Source: Trypanosoma brucei
Lineage: Eukaryota
Assembly: GCA_000002445.1 (NCBI GenBank)
Contig: CH464491.1
Location: 1,600,001 to 1,664,000, forward strand
DNA length: 64,000 nucleotides
Direction of reading: 5' to 3'
The notes under the pieces were generated by a model, which worked only from the letters and a program-made list of their open reading frames with translations, ran no database searches and was not told where the DNA came from. Below are positions 42,501 through 55,172 of this stretch, in pieces. The translations under genes and the position numbers were made by a program. The number at the start of each line of letters is the position of its first letter. Position 1 is the stretch's first letter.

Positions 42501-43589
42501 TGGCCTGTTGTGCATTACCTTATTTTTCATGGGTGTTTTTCCTCCCCAGTGGTACTTCCATTTTTCATGCCTCAACCTTACCTCACCTGTAGGGTGTTTC
42601 TTGCAACTTTCATTGGAGAAAACCCACCGAAGAGAAGGGAAGCCACATAGAAGGAGGAGGAGATAAATTGAATGTTTGTTAAAACGTTTAATCTACCGCA
42701 ACCGGTGCAATACGTGGTTGAATGCATCGATGAGACGGGCCGCAGCCGCGTGCACCGCGGGAGTGGTCTTCAGTGTTTAGGAGTATTGTTTTTACGTGTG
42801 TGTAGCGGTGGTAGTCCCTTCCTTGACGGTACAAACGTTGGTTAACGTCAAGTGAGCGTTGATGAAGGCAGAGGAGCCTGTATTAGTATACATATTTTTA
42901 TATATATATTTATACGCTTCATACCGTAGACAAAGGGGCACAAGAGAAAGAGGGTTCAGCGCTACCTATGAATATTCCTTTCTGTAACTGCTTTATTTGC
43001 TTTCCTCAACTCCACATCCCCTCTCTGTACGCGTAATTTACCGAGTACTTAATAATTTTTATGTGAGTTTATTGTGGGGACAAATTGGCAAAACCAAGGT
43101 TGCAGGGGAAAGGGTAAAGAAGTTCAAGGGTTTCCTCAAAACGCACATGTGCTTTCACGTGTTTCTTTCCTGCTCAAGGGGTGACAGCGCCAGCAGTCAA
43201 GGTGAAAAAGAAGAATTGGGGGAGAAAGGAAAAATAAAGGACAAGGGTGCCCTTCTCGGTCAATTTGTTACCTCACAATGGCGTGTAAGTGACGATCTTC
43301 CTGTGTCTTTTCGTTTCTCAATCTCATCTCCGTGTGAAATCGTATTCCGCCTCTTTTTCTTCTCCTCTGAAGGCACGTCAGGCGCAAGGTGGGCACGTGA
43401 GCCGCGTCGGCACTCAGCGTGAGAAATTTGGTGTTTGCAAAGGAGGTACCAACAGACAGTTGAGATAGAATCTGCGGCTTCGAACTAAAGGATTCAACGT
43501 GTTGAAAGAGGTTGAGTGGCAGATACAAATATAGGATATCAGGGAAGGTGTCATAAGACTAAATACGAATAATAACAATTACACCAATA

Positions 43590-45263
43590 ATGATGCACTT
43601 GTCGTTACAACTATGTAAGCCGAAGACACTGGCGCACATGTTCCGCAAGTTGAAACTGGCGGGTGCTCATCCGGATGTCTTATGGGCCGTTGACGCTCAG
43701 AAGGCACAACACAACAGTGAGGAGATGATACGACTAGAAACCATGATGCACCAGCGGAGCACCCCTGGTGCGAGTAATAATCGCCAGAGTACCGCAGAAA
43801 GTTTCACATTTTGGCTGACAGATAATCAACAGCAGCCCCGTGCATTCGCAGCGGGCCGCAGTTCATTGCGATCTGTTTCGTGCACCATAAATCCCATAGC
43901 CCCAACGCGCACAATCAAGCAGCAGTTGACTCAGTTGTTTCGCGATGCTGGTGTATACGAAGATTTTGAGATTGGTGGTGAGGGGGTTGAAATGAATCTT
44001 GAATCTGTCCTACGACAGGCGGACGAGCGGCAAGAGGAACACCTACAACAGTCCGGTACCTTGTACATTCGCGGGGACAAGTCTATTGAGATGTTGCGTC
44101 GTTTTGGTGTCTTGCTAATCATCGAGGAAGAAGGTGTCACATATTTAGTTACATTACCGGATGTTCTTGACAAACCTGTAGATGACACGCCATCAACATA
44201 CACTCCGGCTAGGAGTCTCATCGGCCCTGACGGTGAAATCGATCCCAGAGTTCAAGATTACATTCGTGATCGCGGGCTCCGTGCCTTCGATCTGCGGATG
44301 GCTGGGAGCCATTCGTCCGTTGAGCGCTTCGTTTCTGCATTTGAGCGACTTGAACGGCTATACGAAGTGCACCGCGGGCGTGCTATGCGCTCCTGCGTTT
44401 GTCTTGTCCTTTCAATCAAAGCGCCAAAGTGTTACGTGGCGGAGGATGGTTGTATTGTTCTTTCTGTACAGCAGATGCCCATGTGGGAGGAGTTTCTGCT
44501 TTCGCTTCCGCAAGAAGTGTGGCAAAGCTGCGTGCAGATGCACAGAGACTGGCGCGTCGGGAATGCACCAAAGTTTCACGAACGACAGCGCCAACTGATG
44601 AAGGTGGCAGACATGTTTCACTTCTTCCGCGTAAGACTTGACGGTTGTATCGGATCACAAACGGACTGGCAGCAGCAGTTCATACTTAGCATGCAAAAGG
44701 AGGAGATGATCGTACGGAACGCAGTGAAAAAGTATAACCTGAAGTCGGAGTTACTGAAGAGACGAGGCGAAATATGTGTATCGAATACCCTTCGTAGCGC
44801 TGTCGACCCCACGAAAGAAATAGGTTATCGGATTGGGGGAGATGGTCGTGTTTATTTCAATCATAGTGCGATGAATACAGGTCAAATGCTACGAGCACTC
44901 AAAGACAATCTTCGACGGCTTGAAACTTTTCAGAAACAGCACGACGACGCAGTAGCGACGCTGGAACACATGAGTCGCAGTATCCCCGTCGACTTCAGCG
45001 TGGATACCAACTGGAAACTTCGGGAAGAGGGAAATTTGGTAAGTTGTTTACAGCGGTTTGTCAGAACGATCAAGGCGAACCAAACTCAGCTTTCAGCATT
45101 CTTGACAATGCTGTTAAAGAAACGAGATGGTGCGGGAGCACCCAAGAAAAGAATGGTTTGGATCATTTCAGAAAGGTTTGACACACTTCCCAGTGGTGTT
45201 GTTTATATCCCATGGGACGTCGATTTTGACTCGATAAAAAAACATTTACTTCCCTCAGGGTGA
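43590..45263 (+). CDS. Hypothetical protein (557 aa)
   Basis: + ORF with an ATG (MMHL...). No domain recognised. Mixed charged and helical sequence. Confidence 0.5.
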   Translation: MMHLSLQLCKPKTLAHMFRKLKLAGAHPDVLWAVDAQKAQHNSEEMIRLETMMHQRSTPGASNNRQSTAESFTFWLTDNQQQPRAFAAGRSSLRSVSCTINPIAPTRTIKQQLTQLFRDAGVYEDFEIGGEGVEMNLESVLRQADERQEEHLQQSGTLYIRGDKSIEMLRRFGVLLIIEEEGVTYLVTLPDVLDKPVDDTPSTYTPARSLIGPDGEIDPRVQDYIRDRGLRAFDLRMAGSHSSVERFVSAFERLERLYEVHRGRAMRSCVCLVLSIKAPKCYVAEDGCIVLSVQQMPMWEEFLLSLPQEVWQSCVQMHRDWRVGNAPKFHERQRQLMKVADMFHFFRVRLDGCIGSQTDWQQQFILSMQKEEMIVRNAVKKYNLKSELLKRRGEICVSNTLRSAVDPTKEIGYRIGGDGRVYFNHSAMNTGQMLRALKDNLRRLETFQKQHDDAVATLEHMSRSIPVDFSVDTNWKLREEGNLVSCLQRFVRTIKANQTQLSAFLTMLLKKRDGAGAPKKRMVWIISERFDTLPSGVVYIPWDVDFDSIKKHLLPSG

Positions 45264-46794
45264 ACACAGAGTGAGTAACTGAGTTTCTATCTAGGTGATA
45301 TAGAAGGCGTTTTGAGCGTTTAAGCGATATCAATCGCGCGAGTAACCTTCGCAATGTTTTTGAAGAGTTGAGATTACGGGACTTGTCTCATGCCACAGTA
45401 AATGCTCTCGGGGCGTGACAAATTGCGTCGCATAGGCGCGTTTTTTATCCTATAACAATCTGGCTATCTTTGTTTCAGTCACTATTCGGGACGTATTGTT
45501 GTGAGGAAGAAATTCACCGAGGATTAGGACATATGTGAGGCGGTAGCGCGAAGCTATGTCCAACTGAAAGTTATTGTCTCCCACTGAAAGTTTAGATGTA
45601 CTGGTGCGGCTCGCACAACGCTTCCCAGGATTGTTGGGATTCCCTTGTACAAGGGCTTGATGGTACATGGAGCGGCTTACGTCTTGGCTACCCGGTGTTA
45701 TGTCTTGACTCCGTCCGTAGTTTCTGAGCAAAAATGTACCAATAATTACGGTGGAATTGTGTGTGACGCAGCGGCAATCATTTACCGTGGCCGCATGTAG
45801 CAAACACACTTGATGCAGCAGACAAATATGTGTCGCGGCACCTCTGTGGAGGTGCTCCGCACGCTAACGGTTTAACCTGCGATGTTTAGCATTTCCCTCC
45901 TTTGATTACCAGTGATCTGTGGCGCATAGTAGGGTGGCCACGTACCCTACGTGCCGTCTTAAACAGAAACTGCAAAGTGCGTAATTTCCACAAGGAGAGA
46001 CCGCTGAATGTATGTGTGACTTGCAGGTTCTTCTCTTTGCCGTCTCCGGAAATGAAGTCCTTTTTTGTTAATTCACCACAAAAGGTTGCGCAACACGTAG
46101 AGTGCACCGCTGTTGATGATGTCAAACAATGTTAATAACCTTGACTAGGGGCTTTAAAGGAGTGACGCTGCAAAATGACCCCTTTACTACGGAGCGAGAT
46201 ATGGTTGATTTGTCGATGGGCTTTAGTTGTGGGAAGTACTTACTTTATTTTTGTGAGGTCGGTCGATGCCACATTAATGTGTAGCTAATGAAGCCTTTCC
46301 GTAGCATTAACTGGGAATTTGTGCGGCCGGAGGCATGGAGGGGTGTTTTTAGTTGCTCACAAATGGTTGTTTAGCATCGCATGCGTTCTCAATCAGCCCT
46401 TTCTCATCAAAAAAAAAGGAATGAACTGTCAGAGTCGTTAAAATATGTGACCTTCGGGTCACTGGTTGTATTCAGTTCGCTGGTTCCGAGTCTGTAACAC
46501 ATCTTGACGTGAGATATCATTTACTGCTGCTTTTTTTTTTTAAAATGATGGGTGGGGGTTCATTATCGATTTTGGTCATACGTTCGGTTAATTCGTTCAC
46601 TCAGTGTACCGTGTTTTATTTGAATGTTTTGTTCCCTTTGAGCACTTTGTTTTCCCTTCCTACACCCATCCTTACAAATTACCCATGTCTATTACAACTC
46701 TCTGCTGAAAGGTTAAGTAGACGAGTCGATCCGCAGCTTCAGTGCATTATTTGCAAATCCTACAATTTACTAGGAAGCGGTAAAAAGATAGTTA

Positions 46795-47454
46795 ATGGCC
46801 ACTGCGCGGTCGTATTTTTACTACCTCGACGCCCATGGGAACCTCTTTCCCGTCACAGACATTAAAGGACTCATTGACGGTACAAATATTCCAGCAGGTC
46901 CAATACAACTGCGTGACCGGGCTTTTCTAGACTTCTTCTACTTGCGACTTAAGCGAAGTGATGTAGAAGATGCAGCGGCATGTTCTAACGTTAGTGACCG
47001 TAGGGAAGAGGGGGAATTACTGCTGCACAGTGGCGCAAAGCTAACGCCGCAGGAGGTAGTGCAACACTTTCCGTATGTGAGCATATGTGGTCCCGAAAGA
47101 AATTTCTTAAAGGCAGAGGAGGCCCCGTTAGTGTTTGTAAACTACACTTCTGGTCATCCAAAGTGCAAGCAGCAAAACGGAACCCTTGCGTTTGGCGAGT
47201 CGCTATGGGAGGACTTCCAGCCCCAGGCGCTGGTCGTTACACGGGAAGGTAAACTCTTTCATCCCATCACTAAACTCAAGAATCTTATAGCCACTCAAAA
47301 TGGCGCAGGTGATGCAGTTCCACGTGGCTTAGTTGAAGCTCAGGTCGTGAAGAAATTGGGGCTGGAGTTAGTTTGTGACAGCGCTAAAAGTGGATACTAC
47401 GTCCTTGAGTGGAAAGGACAGAAGCAGCGCATTCCGTATTTTGACGAACTGTGA
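46795..47454 (+). CDS. Hypothetical conserved small protein (219 aa)
   Basis: + ORF with an ATG. Aromatic-rich motifs YFYYLDAHGNLF and SGYYVLEWKG. No confident family assignment. Confidence 0.45.
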   Translation: MATARSYFYYLDAHGNLFPVTDIKGLIDGTNIPAGPIQLRDRAFLDFFYLRLKRSDVEDAAACSNVSDRREEGELLLHSGAKLTPQEVVQHFPYVSICGPERNFLKAEEAPLVFVNYTSGHPKCKQQNGTLAFGESLWEDFQPQALVVTREGKLFHPITKLKNLIATQNGAGDAVPRGLVEAQVVKKLGLELVCDSAKSGYYVLEWKGQKQRIPYFDEL

Positions 47455-47853
47455 ATAGGACAATGAATTTGTCCGTGAGAAATGATGCCCACCTTCTACA
47501 GATAACTTGCTTGTCCAAGCTGTGGAGTTTGTGACGTGTACACGCGCCTCTTAACTTCATGTATTTTATTTCAAACGAAACCCTCGTATCAATTGCGGCC
47601 TTCTTAACTACTGTGAGGCTCACTTCCGCCTCCACATTTATGCAGCCCAAGAGGTGTCCTCAACCTTCAGGACCAGTAGTGCCGACGCTTAGCTTGTTTT
47701 TTTCACTTTGAGTTTTAGGTTAATACCGTTAGGACTAAACTGGTAGGCTTTGCTGTTGGAAAGACTGAGTGTGTTGATTTGTCTCCAGGAAGGAAGGTCT
47801 CCATAGACGACTCTGGCACTGAAACTAGCCGAGGTCAGGGGATTGGGAATACA

Positions 47854-47886
47854 ATATATATATATATATATATATATTCATATATA
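47854..47886. repeat. (AT)n microsatellite, interrupted
   Basis: atatatatatatatatatatatattcatatata. Confidence 0.9.
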
Positions 47887-47930
47887 ATTTTTACCCCTCT
47901 CTCTATCCACCTGTGCGTGCGCAAAGTAAA

Positions 47931-48896
47931 ATGGAAACCAGTGGCCCTAAGACAGTTCCGGGGACGGATCTGTGTCACAGAGTGCTTTACGCTGCGGTGG
48001 TGGGTGATAACGCGAAAGGCTGTCTTCCGGGATCGGTTAAGAAGATGACACCAGATGGAGTTGTTATCGTTGACCATGTAATGCGATGCGCACGGTATTA
48101 TGTTCCTGGATTATGCCTCTCTGGATCCTTACCGACATCAAAATGCGAGTCCTTATTGGATTTTTCGGATCAAGTACCTCCATTAAGTGCAGAACCGCAG
48201 AAGCAAGAACTTATTGACAGGATACTGTACTACTCGAGCGAATTGGAAAGCAGGACGCAGCAATTAGAGTTAAGAAAGCAAGAGGTCCAATCTCTTCAAA
48301 ATAAGCTGCGTATTGTAAACAAAGAACTTAAGAGAAGAGGGATAGTCATAGCGGACACTCCTGAGCGTGGGTACACGAAGGGAAGCGACTTCAAGAAAGT
48401 GTACAGTCCGGATGACAGCTATATCGGGAACAACTTCCCCGCACCTCCAAATTCAAGGGACATTGGCAGTGATGACCCCACACGACCGCCGCTCCCTCCC
48501 CTCCGCATCGACGGCGATTTAAGATCGTATACTTCGCGCCCACCTCCCCCATACTCTGCAGAGCCACTTGTACCGCCTTTCATATCGTGTGCGCTACCAC
48601 CAAAAAGTTTGATCGCTGATCAACCAGGGGTGACGGCACTGCCGTCGGGGAGGCGGGTTCAACAGGCATTCGCAAAAATGGTCCAAAACTCCCGGAGACA
48701 TGATAACCCCGCAGCAGCCGGCTGCCAACCAGTCTCCAATAGGGACGGGTTGGTAGGCACCATACCACAAGCAGAGGGAGTGGAATCAATCAACGGAGTG
48801 GAGAGGTTTGGGAACGACGGCGCAGATAATAACTCGAGGAGGGAAGAGGAGGGTAATTCGGATGTCGCTGCTAAGAAGAGTCACTCCTACAAATAA
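47931..48896 (+). CDS. Hypothetical proline-rich protein with a short coiled-coil and a PPxY motif
   Basis: First ATG at 47931 (the ORF track begins at GTG 47913). Coiled-coil-like ELESRTQQLELRKQEVQSLQNKLRIVNKELKRRG. Proline-rich C-half (PTRPPLPPLRIDGD, RPPPPYSAEP) with a PPPY motif (WW-domain ligand type). Confidence 0.45.
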   Translation: METSGPKTVPGTDLCHRVLYAAVVGDNAKGCLPGSVKKMTPDGVVIVDHVMRCARYYVPGLCLSGSLPTSKCESLLDFSDQVPPLSAEPQKQELIDRILYYSSELESRTQQLELRKQEVQSLQNKLRIVNKELKRRGIVIADTPERGYTKGSDFKKVYSPDDSYIGNNFPAPPNSRDIGSDDPTRPPLPPLRIDGDLRSYTSRPPPPYSAEPLVPPFISCALPPKSLIADQPGVTALPSGRRVQQAFAKMVQNSRRHDNPAAAGCQPVSNRDGLVGTIPQAEGVESINGVERFGNDGADNNSRREEEGNSDVAAKKSHSYK

Positions 48897-51069
48897 TATC
48901 AGGAGTGAGTGGTGGCGTTCGTACTCCGCCGCAGCTCGCTATGTATGGGTATGTGGCTGTGGTTTTTCCTTACCCCGTGACGGGTAGTGAATCACATTAC
49001 TGTTTCCCCATGCGAATGCACATGCAGGGGTGACTATTCTGATAAGTGAAGAACAAAACTGTAGTGGTTCGGATGGCTCTTTGGTACTTACTTGTGCCCC
49101 TAACAACTCGTTAACGCTGTCCTGACGATAACCGCGCTTGCGAAGTTGTTTTCGCATGGTAACAACGGGAGTGCTTCGGACAGGGAGCTCTGGCACTACT
49201 TCATCATATGTACCGTCCCTCTTTATTTTTTTTAAAAAAAGTGGACCACGATGTTCACCACTATATTGTGGGTGTGGGAACCTCTGTTCGCTATAGTGCC
49301 ACTGGCCGAGGTGAACAGCAAAAGGAAAAACAAAAAATAAATAAACTCTCATTGAGTTGAAGGCGCGCAGCGCTCGCAAGTGTTTCAGAGTGGAGATGCA
49401 TGCTGGTAGTCCTTCCTTATGTTTTCAGCCGCTGGGTACCCTCCCCCATGTCTCTGCCTTTCTAACCCTTTTCTGGCTCATAATCTGCAGCCCATAACGC
49501 GCGCACAATTACGCGATACCTTCGACGCCCTAGCAGTCCGGAAGATGTTCTAAAAGCCAACTTTACCAAAAGACTGTTAATGGGGCCAAATAACTGATTA
49601 AGACAGGTAACTCCGGGAAGGTGGTTAGAGTAATGGGATCTGTGTTTAGATGATTTTTGTTGCTGTTTTAATAAAAGTGACCCTTTGACCTCTTTGGAAC
49701 TCCCTTTCGCCTCATTGTGCGCTACAGACTCTTCTGCAAGTGTTCTAAACGAAAGGGAGTTAACTTATTGATATCGTGTTTCCATTTTGAGGGAGAAGAG
49801 AAGCATCAAAGAGTACAAGAAGGGATCCACCGGCACCTTGATCTCATCTTCATCTGTTTTCCCATGTTTTCTGGAGAAACCTAGTAGTGAAGATGTTGTG
49901 TTATGATATAGGAGGCAGTGAAAGCATTGAGTAAGGAAAAGTTGTTTTCCTTCTTTCCTCATCCCCATTGGTAATTGGCACGTAACGGCGTCACCACCCA
50001 TGTATCGGGGGCTTTCGCTGAGTGTTGGATGAATGTGTGTTCGGGGTGCGAGCAAGGATCAGCAACATTTGTCAGGTAGAAGATACCTTCTTAACTTCTC
50101 ATCAGAAATGTTGATTTTGCTTCATCTGCTTTAAGGACGAGGGGAAGTTTATGGAAGTGTGTGAGAAAACTTAAGGGGGTGGATTTGTTGTGGTGCAGGC
50201 AGAGGCTTAATCCCTGGTAACGTTTTTCCCTTTGATAAAGAACTGAGGACAAAGGGAGTTAGGAAATGATGTGGGATATCGTCTTCTCTTTACCCTTTGT
50301 ATGTGAGAGAGGCCCCATGGATGTGTTACACTGGGGTATTTGTTGTGTCTGATGGGCGGAGAAGCGTTAAACTAAAATTAGGTGCGTAATAACTGTGGCT
50401 GTGGTGGAATATTTCGTGCCAAGCAGGGCGACAGCATTTGCTTCCTTGAGATATAGAATCACGTGCTGCCATAATGATTAGGGGTAGCAAAAGTGCCTGG
50501 AACAGTCCTCAATGGGAGTGAAACTGGGAAGGGCACAAAACTTCTCCGAGTAGTCGCGCGTGATATTGTAGATCATGTATAAGCACTGTGAAGGTTTGTA
50601 GCTCCTAATCGGTTGTGAACACATACAACCTACCGGTGCTCATGTACATCTCGCTCGTCGTCCCTTCATATGAAGACAGTGTGAACAGTACATCTTTTTC
50701 CCCCAAGAGCCGCGCACTTCACAACCGTAATGGAAGCAAGTGTTAAAAGGAGTACCGAGCGCTGAATTATGGGAGGGATGTCCACAATATCTGAAGTTTT
50801 TTTAAAGTTTGGTGAATGTGCAGAGGCACATGTACACCGATTGCCGAGGGGCGGGGCGTCCCGGGCACGACATATCGAGGGCGTTCTAGCTTTGTGTTTG
50901 GTGTGGTATTTTGAGCACGTGGAAAATTTTGTTTACTTTCTTATTTTCCGCCACCCCCACGCCCTTTGAAGGGGGCTGCCCCATAGAAGCGTAACAACAC
51001 AACTTCATTCTACGTGCTTACTACACTTGGTTATAGGGGTTGCTTAGGAACAATTGGCGAGAAAACAAA

Positions 51070-54000
51070 ATGCTCACAACCTTCGATTTTGGTGTCAACA
51101 TCGATGAGGAGGAATGGGGAGTTCTCCACAACAAATTGCGCTCGTTTGTGTCTGGCCACGAAAAAATGCTGATGGACATTCAACAAACATTCAACCGTCG
51201 CTGGGACCCAACAGTGTGGGATGCCCATTCCGATACTGTGTTCCTGCAGCTCGGAGCGGAGGCACTGCGACACCTACTCGAGAAGGACCCGCCGGAGGAG
51301 GAAGACGACGAATTTAGCACATCGATAGCAGACGTTCTTGGGAGGACGCAGATACAAAATCGTCTTTTCTATCGAATAACACTGTGCTTCGCAGACCTTG
51401 CGCTTAAAATGGAGTCGCTCACGAAGGAGGCAAACGACCTGTTGCTGCCACCTCTTGCAATGTTTGACGATAACAACTGTCGGGATGGATGTGCCGAAGA
51501 AACTGAAGATGAAGAAACCGATGGTATTACCGATGAGGAAGCGCTTCGAGGAGCCGGTCGCATGTTAGGCGTTCTTCAAAAGGTATGGAGGTGGCTTAGG
51601 CGCGTGCAGAAGGTTGTTTGCCACGTGGTGCAGCAACTTGCGTCGCTTTATTCACCGCAACACAAGTGTGAAAATTATCGCTCGTTCTCTCGCGTGCGCT
51701 ATTTGCTGATCTGGCGCAAGCTTGCAGATCTTCTCGGGGCCGTTGTTTGCGTAGAAGAGGTTTTATACTCACACGACACACTTCGTTACGGTCTCTCGAT
51801 ATATCGTAAGCTGCTCGCGCAAGTGTCAAGGAACTTGGAGAAATTCGAATGCGACGAGGAAAAATTAGATCTTTTTTGCCACTTGCTGACAAAAATCGAC
51901 AAGGAGTTACTTGATGACGGAATACTAAAACGCATAACCGGACAAGCATTTGAAACAGGTTTCGTGGCCACTGCTGATGAACCGCCACTGGTTGTTACAA
52001 CAAACAAAAGGCTCTACGAAGAGTTCACGGACGTTCTAATTCAGTTCATAACCTCTGCTGAAGGGACTATTGGAACCATGCGGGGATATGATGAACGTGA
52101 GCGCTACGTTGGAGTCCTTGGGCTCTACTATATGTACCTCCGCTTGTTCTCTAGTGTGGCCGAAGAGTCGCACCGACGGGACATTTGTAACCGTATTTTT
52201 GCTTTGTATCGCAAGATTCCCATTGTTTACATACGTGGAATGCATTGCTTTCGTACTGCTCTGTGGTTCATTCGACGCCTGAATGCGGAGCTAAAACGAT
52301 TTCACCTCGATGCGGTGAAGGAGAGGACGTTGCTTGTTAAGCAGGAGTGCCAAAACAGCAAGTTAGCATTTCTTCCGCAGATGAACCGCTTTACGACACT
52401 TGTTAGCGTGTGGCTCGCGGAAATGGAGAGCACCGCTGCAGCCGCAAACCACTCGCAGCACGGGGAGTTTCTCCAGACAGTTGCGTTGGTGCTGCAGCGG
52501 GGTGTTTTTCTGGCACATAATGTCCGAAGATTAATTGTATATCACGTTGCCCTGCATGACTGCGCAGATGACGCTCTTTCTGTGCATGACGTTGATGGAA
52601 TATCCCAGGGTGTGCAGATGCTGATGATGATACGGGCTGCGTACCACGATAAAACAGGAGTAATTGCCGCTTCGTACAATGTGTTAGTGGGTCATATTAA
52701 ATATGTAATGGAGCAACATTTGTACGACATGTGCCTCGGAATGAGCAAAATTCCTCAGCGTAACAGCACTGCAGAAACCAAAGATCAGTACAGTGCCATC
52801 TGTATGGCACTTGATCTGCTGCGTAAACCACAAACACCCGAAAACGTCATGTGCATTGACCTTGTACTAAGTGTTGTGTTTCACAGGCAGAAAACAAACG
52901 GGACTTCTTCAACAGCTGCCCTAACCGCTGAGCACGGCGGTGGTACTCTTATCGCCTTCTCGCAACTTGGCCGCATAGCTTCATACCAAAAGTCGATTCA
53001 GGATGCAACTAACTGTGAGTTTTTGTACTGGCAGCGGGAAGTATTCTTTCCAACCTTCATCAAGCGGCTCTACCAAAAACCATTGAACTCCGAGTACATG
53101 CCATACACGATACTGGCAATGCACGATTGTGTCCCGTCTATTCTTTCCTCCAGGCACACCAAGAGCGCAAGGTCTCTGCTCGACGCTTATACTTCTTACA
53201 CGTGGGGGTGTATTCGCGAGCACCTTATCGAGCCGTTGTGTGTTGACATTGAAAACGACCTCCGTCTGTGTACCCACTCAGTCGTCTTGGGGCAGCCGTT
53301 TAGACAAATTGGGGCCTCGACACGCGCACGAGATATGGCACGGTTTACGCGGCTACCCCCGATCTGTCTTTTCAGTGAGTGGCTACACATTGCAACCGAA
53401 GTGGAGAAGCACTTGGACGAGAAATTTTATAATCTTAATGCCCTAATGGCCAATGATTGGAAGACATACGAGGAAATACGCAACTTGGCGCTCCAGCGGT
53501 ATGGATTGCGGATATGTGATGGATATCTTCCGGGTAGTATAGTTGATCAGGGACTCGATGTGCTTGTAATAACGGAGAACATACAAGTTTTTGTTGCTAA
53601 CTACACGTACAACATGAATGAACAACTCTTTGTGCAACGACCGTCGACTACAGAGTCGAAACATCTGCACACCCTGCATATTCGCCACATTGCCAATTCC
53701 ATACGGACACACGGAACTGGTATTATGAATACAACAGTAAACTATGTTTACAAGTGTCTCTTAAAGAAACTTGCTATACTTTCACAATTTCTTTGCGATG
53801 ACCACGTTAAGTCGAGGTTACTCAAAAATGCGAAGCTGCTGCACCACAAGAAGGAGGAGCGAAGCGTCGAGTACACGCTCGCGTGGGCAGAAAAATTTAT
53901 TCGTGAGATGCATAAGTTGGGAGTTGCGGATGACGGTCAAACTTTCCTCTCTAAATTTCGTCACCTCGTTTCGGAAATTGGCAACGCCCTAGCTTACATG

Positions 54001-54843
54001 AGGATGATGCGCAGCGGCGGTCTGCGTGCCGTCGCTGATTCTGCGGCTTTTGTACCGTTTGTTGATGCCGACGTTAGTCTGGAGCGGTTCGTTATCCCTG
54101 AATCCGATGAAGAAAATGAAGGCAATGGTGATAATAAGTCGAATGATGCTGACGGAAATTGTGAGAAAGGCAGCGACAGTGGTGAATGCAGGAAAAGCAG
54201 AGAAAAAGTACCGCAGTGTACCACTCAGGCGGTGCAAGTAGTCGATGGAGTCATTGGTAGCATGCGTGAGAAGTTGTCTGATGGCTCAGCGTACTTCCGC
54301 ATGCTTCTGGAGGCAGTGACCAAGCGCTTAAAAGGGGCCGTCAAGTACACTCATTTGAAAAACTTCTATCTCATTGTTCCACCCATATGTGTTCTGCACG
54401 TTGAAACCATGATACGGGAGAAAGAACAACTCGTCAAGAAGAACAAGGACGGTATATTTACGGATGACGGTTTTGCATTGGGGTGTTCTTTCTTGCTTAA
54501 ACTTTTTGGTGTGTGGAACCTTTTTGATTCACTACACTGGTTCGAAAACATACGGAAGCATTATGGGTCCCACCTCCAAGAGGTTCGTGAAGGGATTGCC
54601 AGACACGAACAAAAGATGAAAGCAAGCAAGAACGCAGCTGTTTGTTGGGAAGAAGAGGTCAACAACATGCATCTGACGTCTATGATGCTTGAATGTTCAC
54701 TGGGTGAGTATACCGCATTGGAGGAGGCTTTCGTGTCAAGCAAAGTTTTCTTCTACTTTGCGACGCCGGAGGACGCCAGCGGTGAGCTTCAAGATGATGA
54801 CAAGGACGAAAGTGAAGAAGGTACAGATGCAGATGAAGGCTAG
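51070..54843 (+). CDS. Large hypothetical alpha-helical protein (about 1257 aa) with an acidic C-terminal tail
   Basis: First ATG at 51070 (the ORF track begins at TTG 51040). Long leucine-rich helical composition throughout. Acidic tails DDDKDESEEGTDADEG and ESDEENEGNGDNKSNDADGN. No catalytic motif recognised. Confidence 0.6.
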   Translation: MLTTFDFGVNIDEEEWGVLHNKLRSFVSGHEKMLMDIQQTFNRRWDPTVWDAHSDTVFLQLGAEALRHLLEKDPPEEEDDEFSTSIADVLGRTQIQNRLFYRITLCFADLALKMESLTKEANDLLLPPLAMFDDNNCRDGCAEETEDEETDGITDEEALRGAGRMLGVLQKVWRWLRRVQKVVCHVVQQLASLYSPQHKCENYRSFSRVRYLLIWRKLADLLGAVVCVEEVLYSHDTLRYGLSIYRKLLAQVSRNLEKFECDEEKLDLFCHLLTKIDKELLDDGILKRITGQAFETGFVATADEPPLVVTTNKRLYEEFTDVLIQFITSAEGTIGTMRGYDERERYVGVLGLYYMYLRLFSSVAEESHRRDICNRIFALYRKIPIVYIRGMHCFRTALWFIRRLNAELKRFHLDAVKERTLLVKQECQNSKLAFLPQMNRFTTLVSVWLAEMESTAAAANHSQHGEFLQTVALVLQRGVFLAHNVRRLIVYHVALHDCADDALSVHDVDGISQGVQMLMMIRAAYHDKTGVIAASYNVLVGHIKYVMEQHLYDMCLGMSKIPQRNSTAETKDQYSAICMALDLLRKPQTPENVMCIDLVLSVVFHRQKTNGTSSTAALTAEHGGGTLIAFSQLGRIASYQKSIQDATNCEFLYWQREVFFPTFIKRLYQKPLNSEYMPYTILAMHDCVPSILSSRHTKSARSLLDAYTSYTWGCIREHLIEPLCVDIENDLRLCTHSVVLGQPFRQIGASTRARDMARFTRLPPICLFSEWLHIATEVEKHLDEKFYNLNALMANDWKTYEEIRNLALQRYGLRICDGYLPGSIVDQGLDVLVITENIQVFVANYTYNMNEQLFVQRPSTTESKHLHTLHIRHIANSIRTHGTGIMNTTVNYVYKCLLKKLAILSQFLCDDHVKSRLLKNAKLLHHKKEERSVEYTLAWAEKFIREMHKLGVADDGQTFLSKFRHLVSEIGNALAYMRMMRSGGLRAVADSAAFVPFVDADVSLERFVIPESDEENEGNGDNKSNDADGNCEKGSDSGECRKSREKVPQCTTQAVQVVDGVIGSMREKLSDGSAYFRMLLEAVTKRLKGAVKYTHLKNFYLIVPPICVLHVETMIREKEQLVKKNKDGIFTDDGFALGCSFLLKLFGVWNLFDSLHWFENIRKHYGSHLQEVREGIARHEQKMKASKNAAVCWEEEVNNMHLTSMMLECSLGEYTALEEAFVSSKVFFYFATPEDASGELQDDDKDESEEGTDADEG

Positions 54844-55172
54844 GGAAACGGTTGCTCCACCAAGTACCGCTTGTACTACAACACGGTGTTTGTACACACT
54901 TACCACCTTCGATGTTAAATCGGGTGGTGTGAAAACGTCAGGTGAGTTTCCTGCAGGTGGTGGGCCGAAACTGCCACGGGACCCGTTGCTTCACTATTTC
55001 GTAAAATCGCTCCACGGTTTTCTTTCAACTTGCTTGGTCGTGACATCCCAACGGCTAGTAACATTTAGCGCCAACAATAACTTCTTCTGCATCGCCACTG
55101 TATTTCCCACCCTTCACACTTCTCCCAGCGTTAAAAATAGTAAGTCGTTGGCATTAAGAGGAAAGACCGAAA

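Noticed and set aside
48939-49379. 146-aa minus-strand ORF in the intergenic region downstream of the proline-rich protein gene
   Set aside because: Opposite to the same-strand array direction with no upstream poly-Y/AG on that strand and no recognisable motif. Probably a chance ORF in a 3' UTR.
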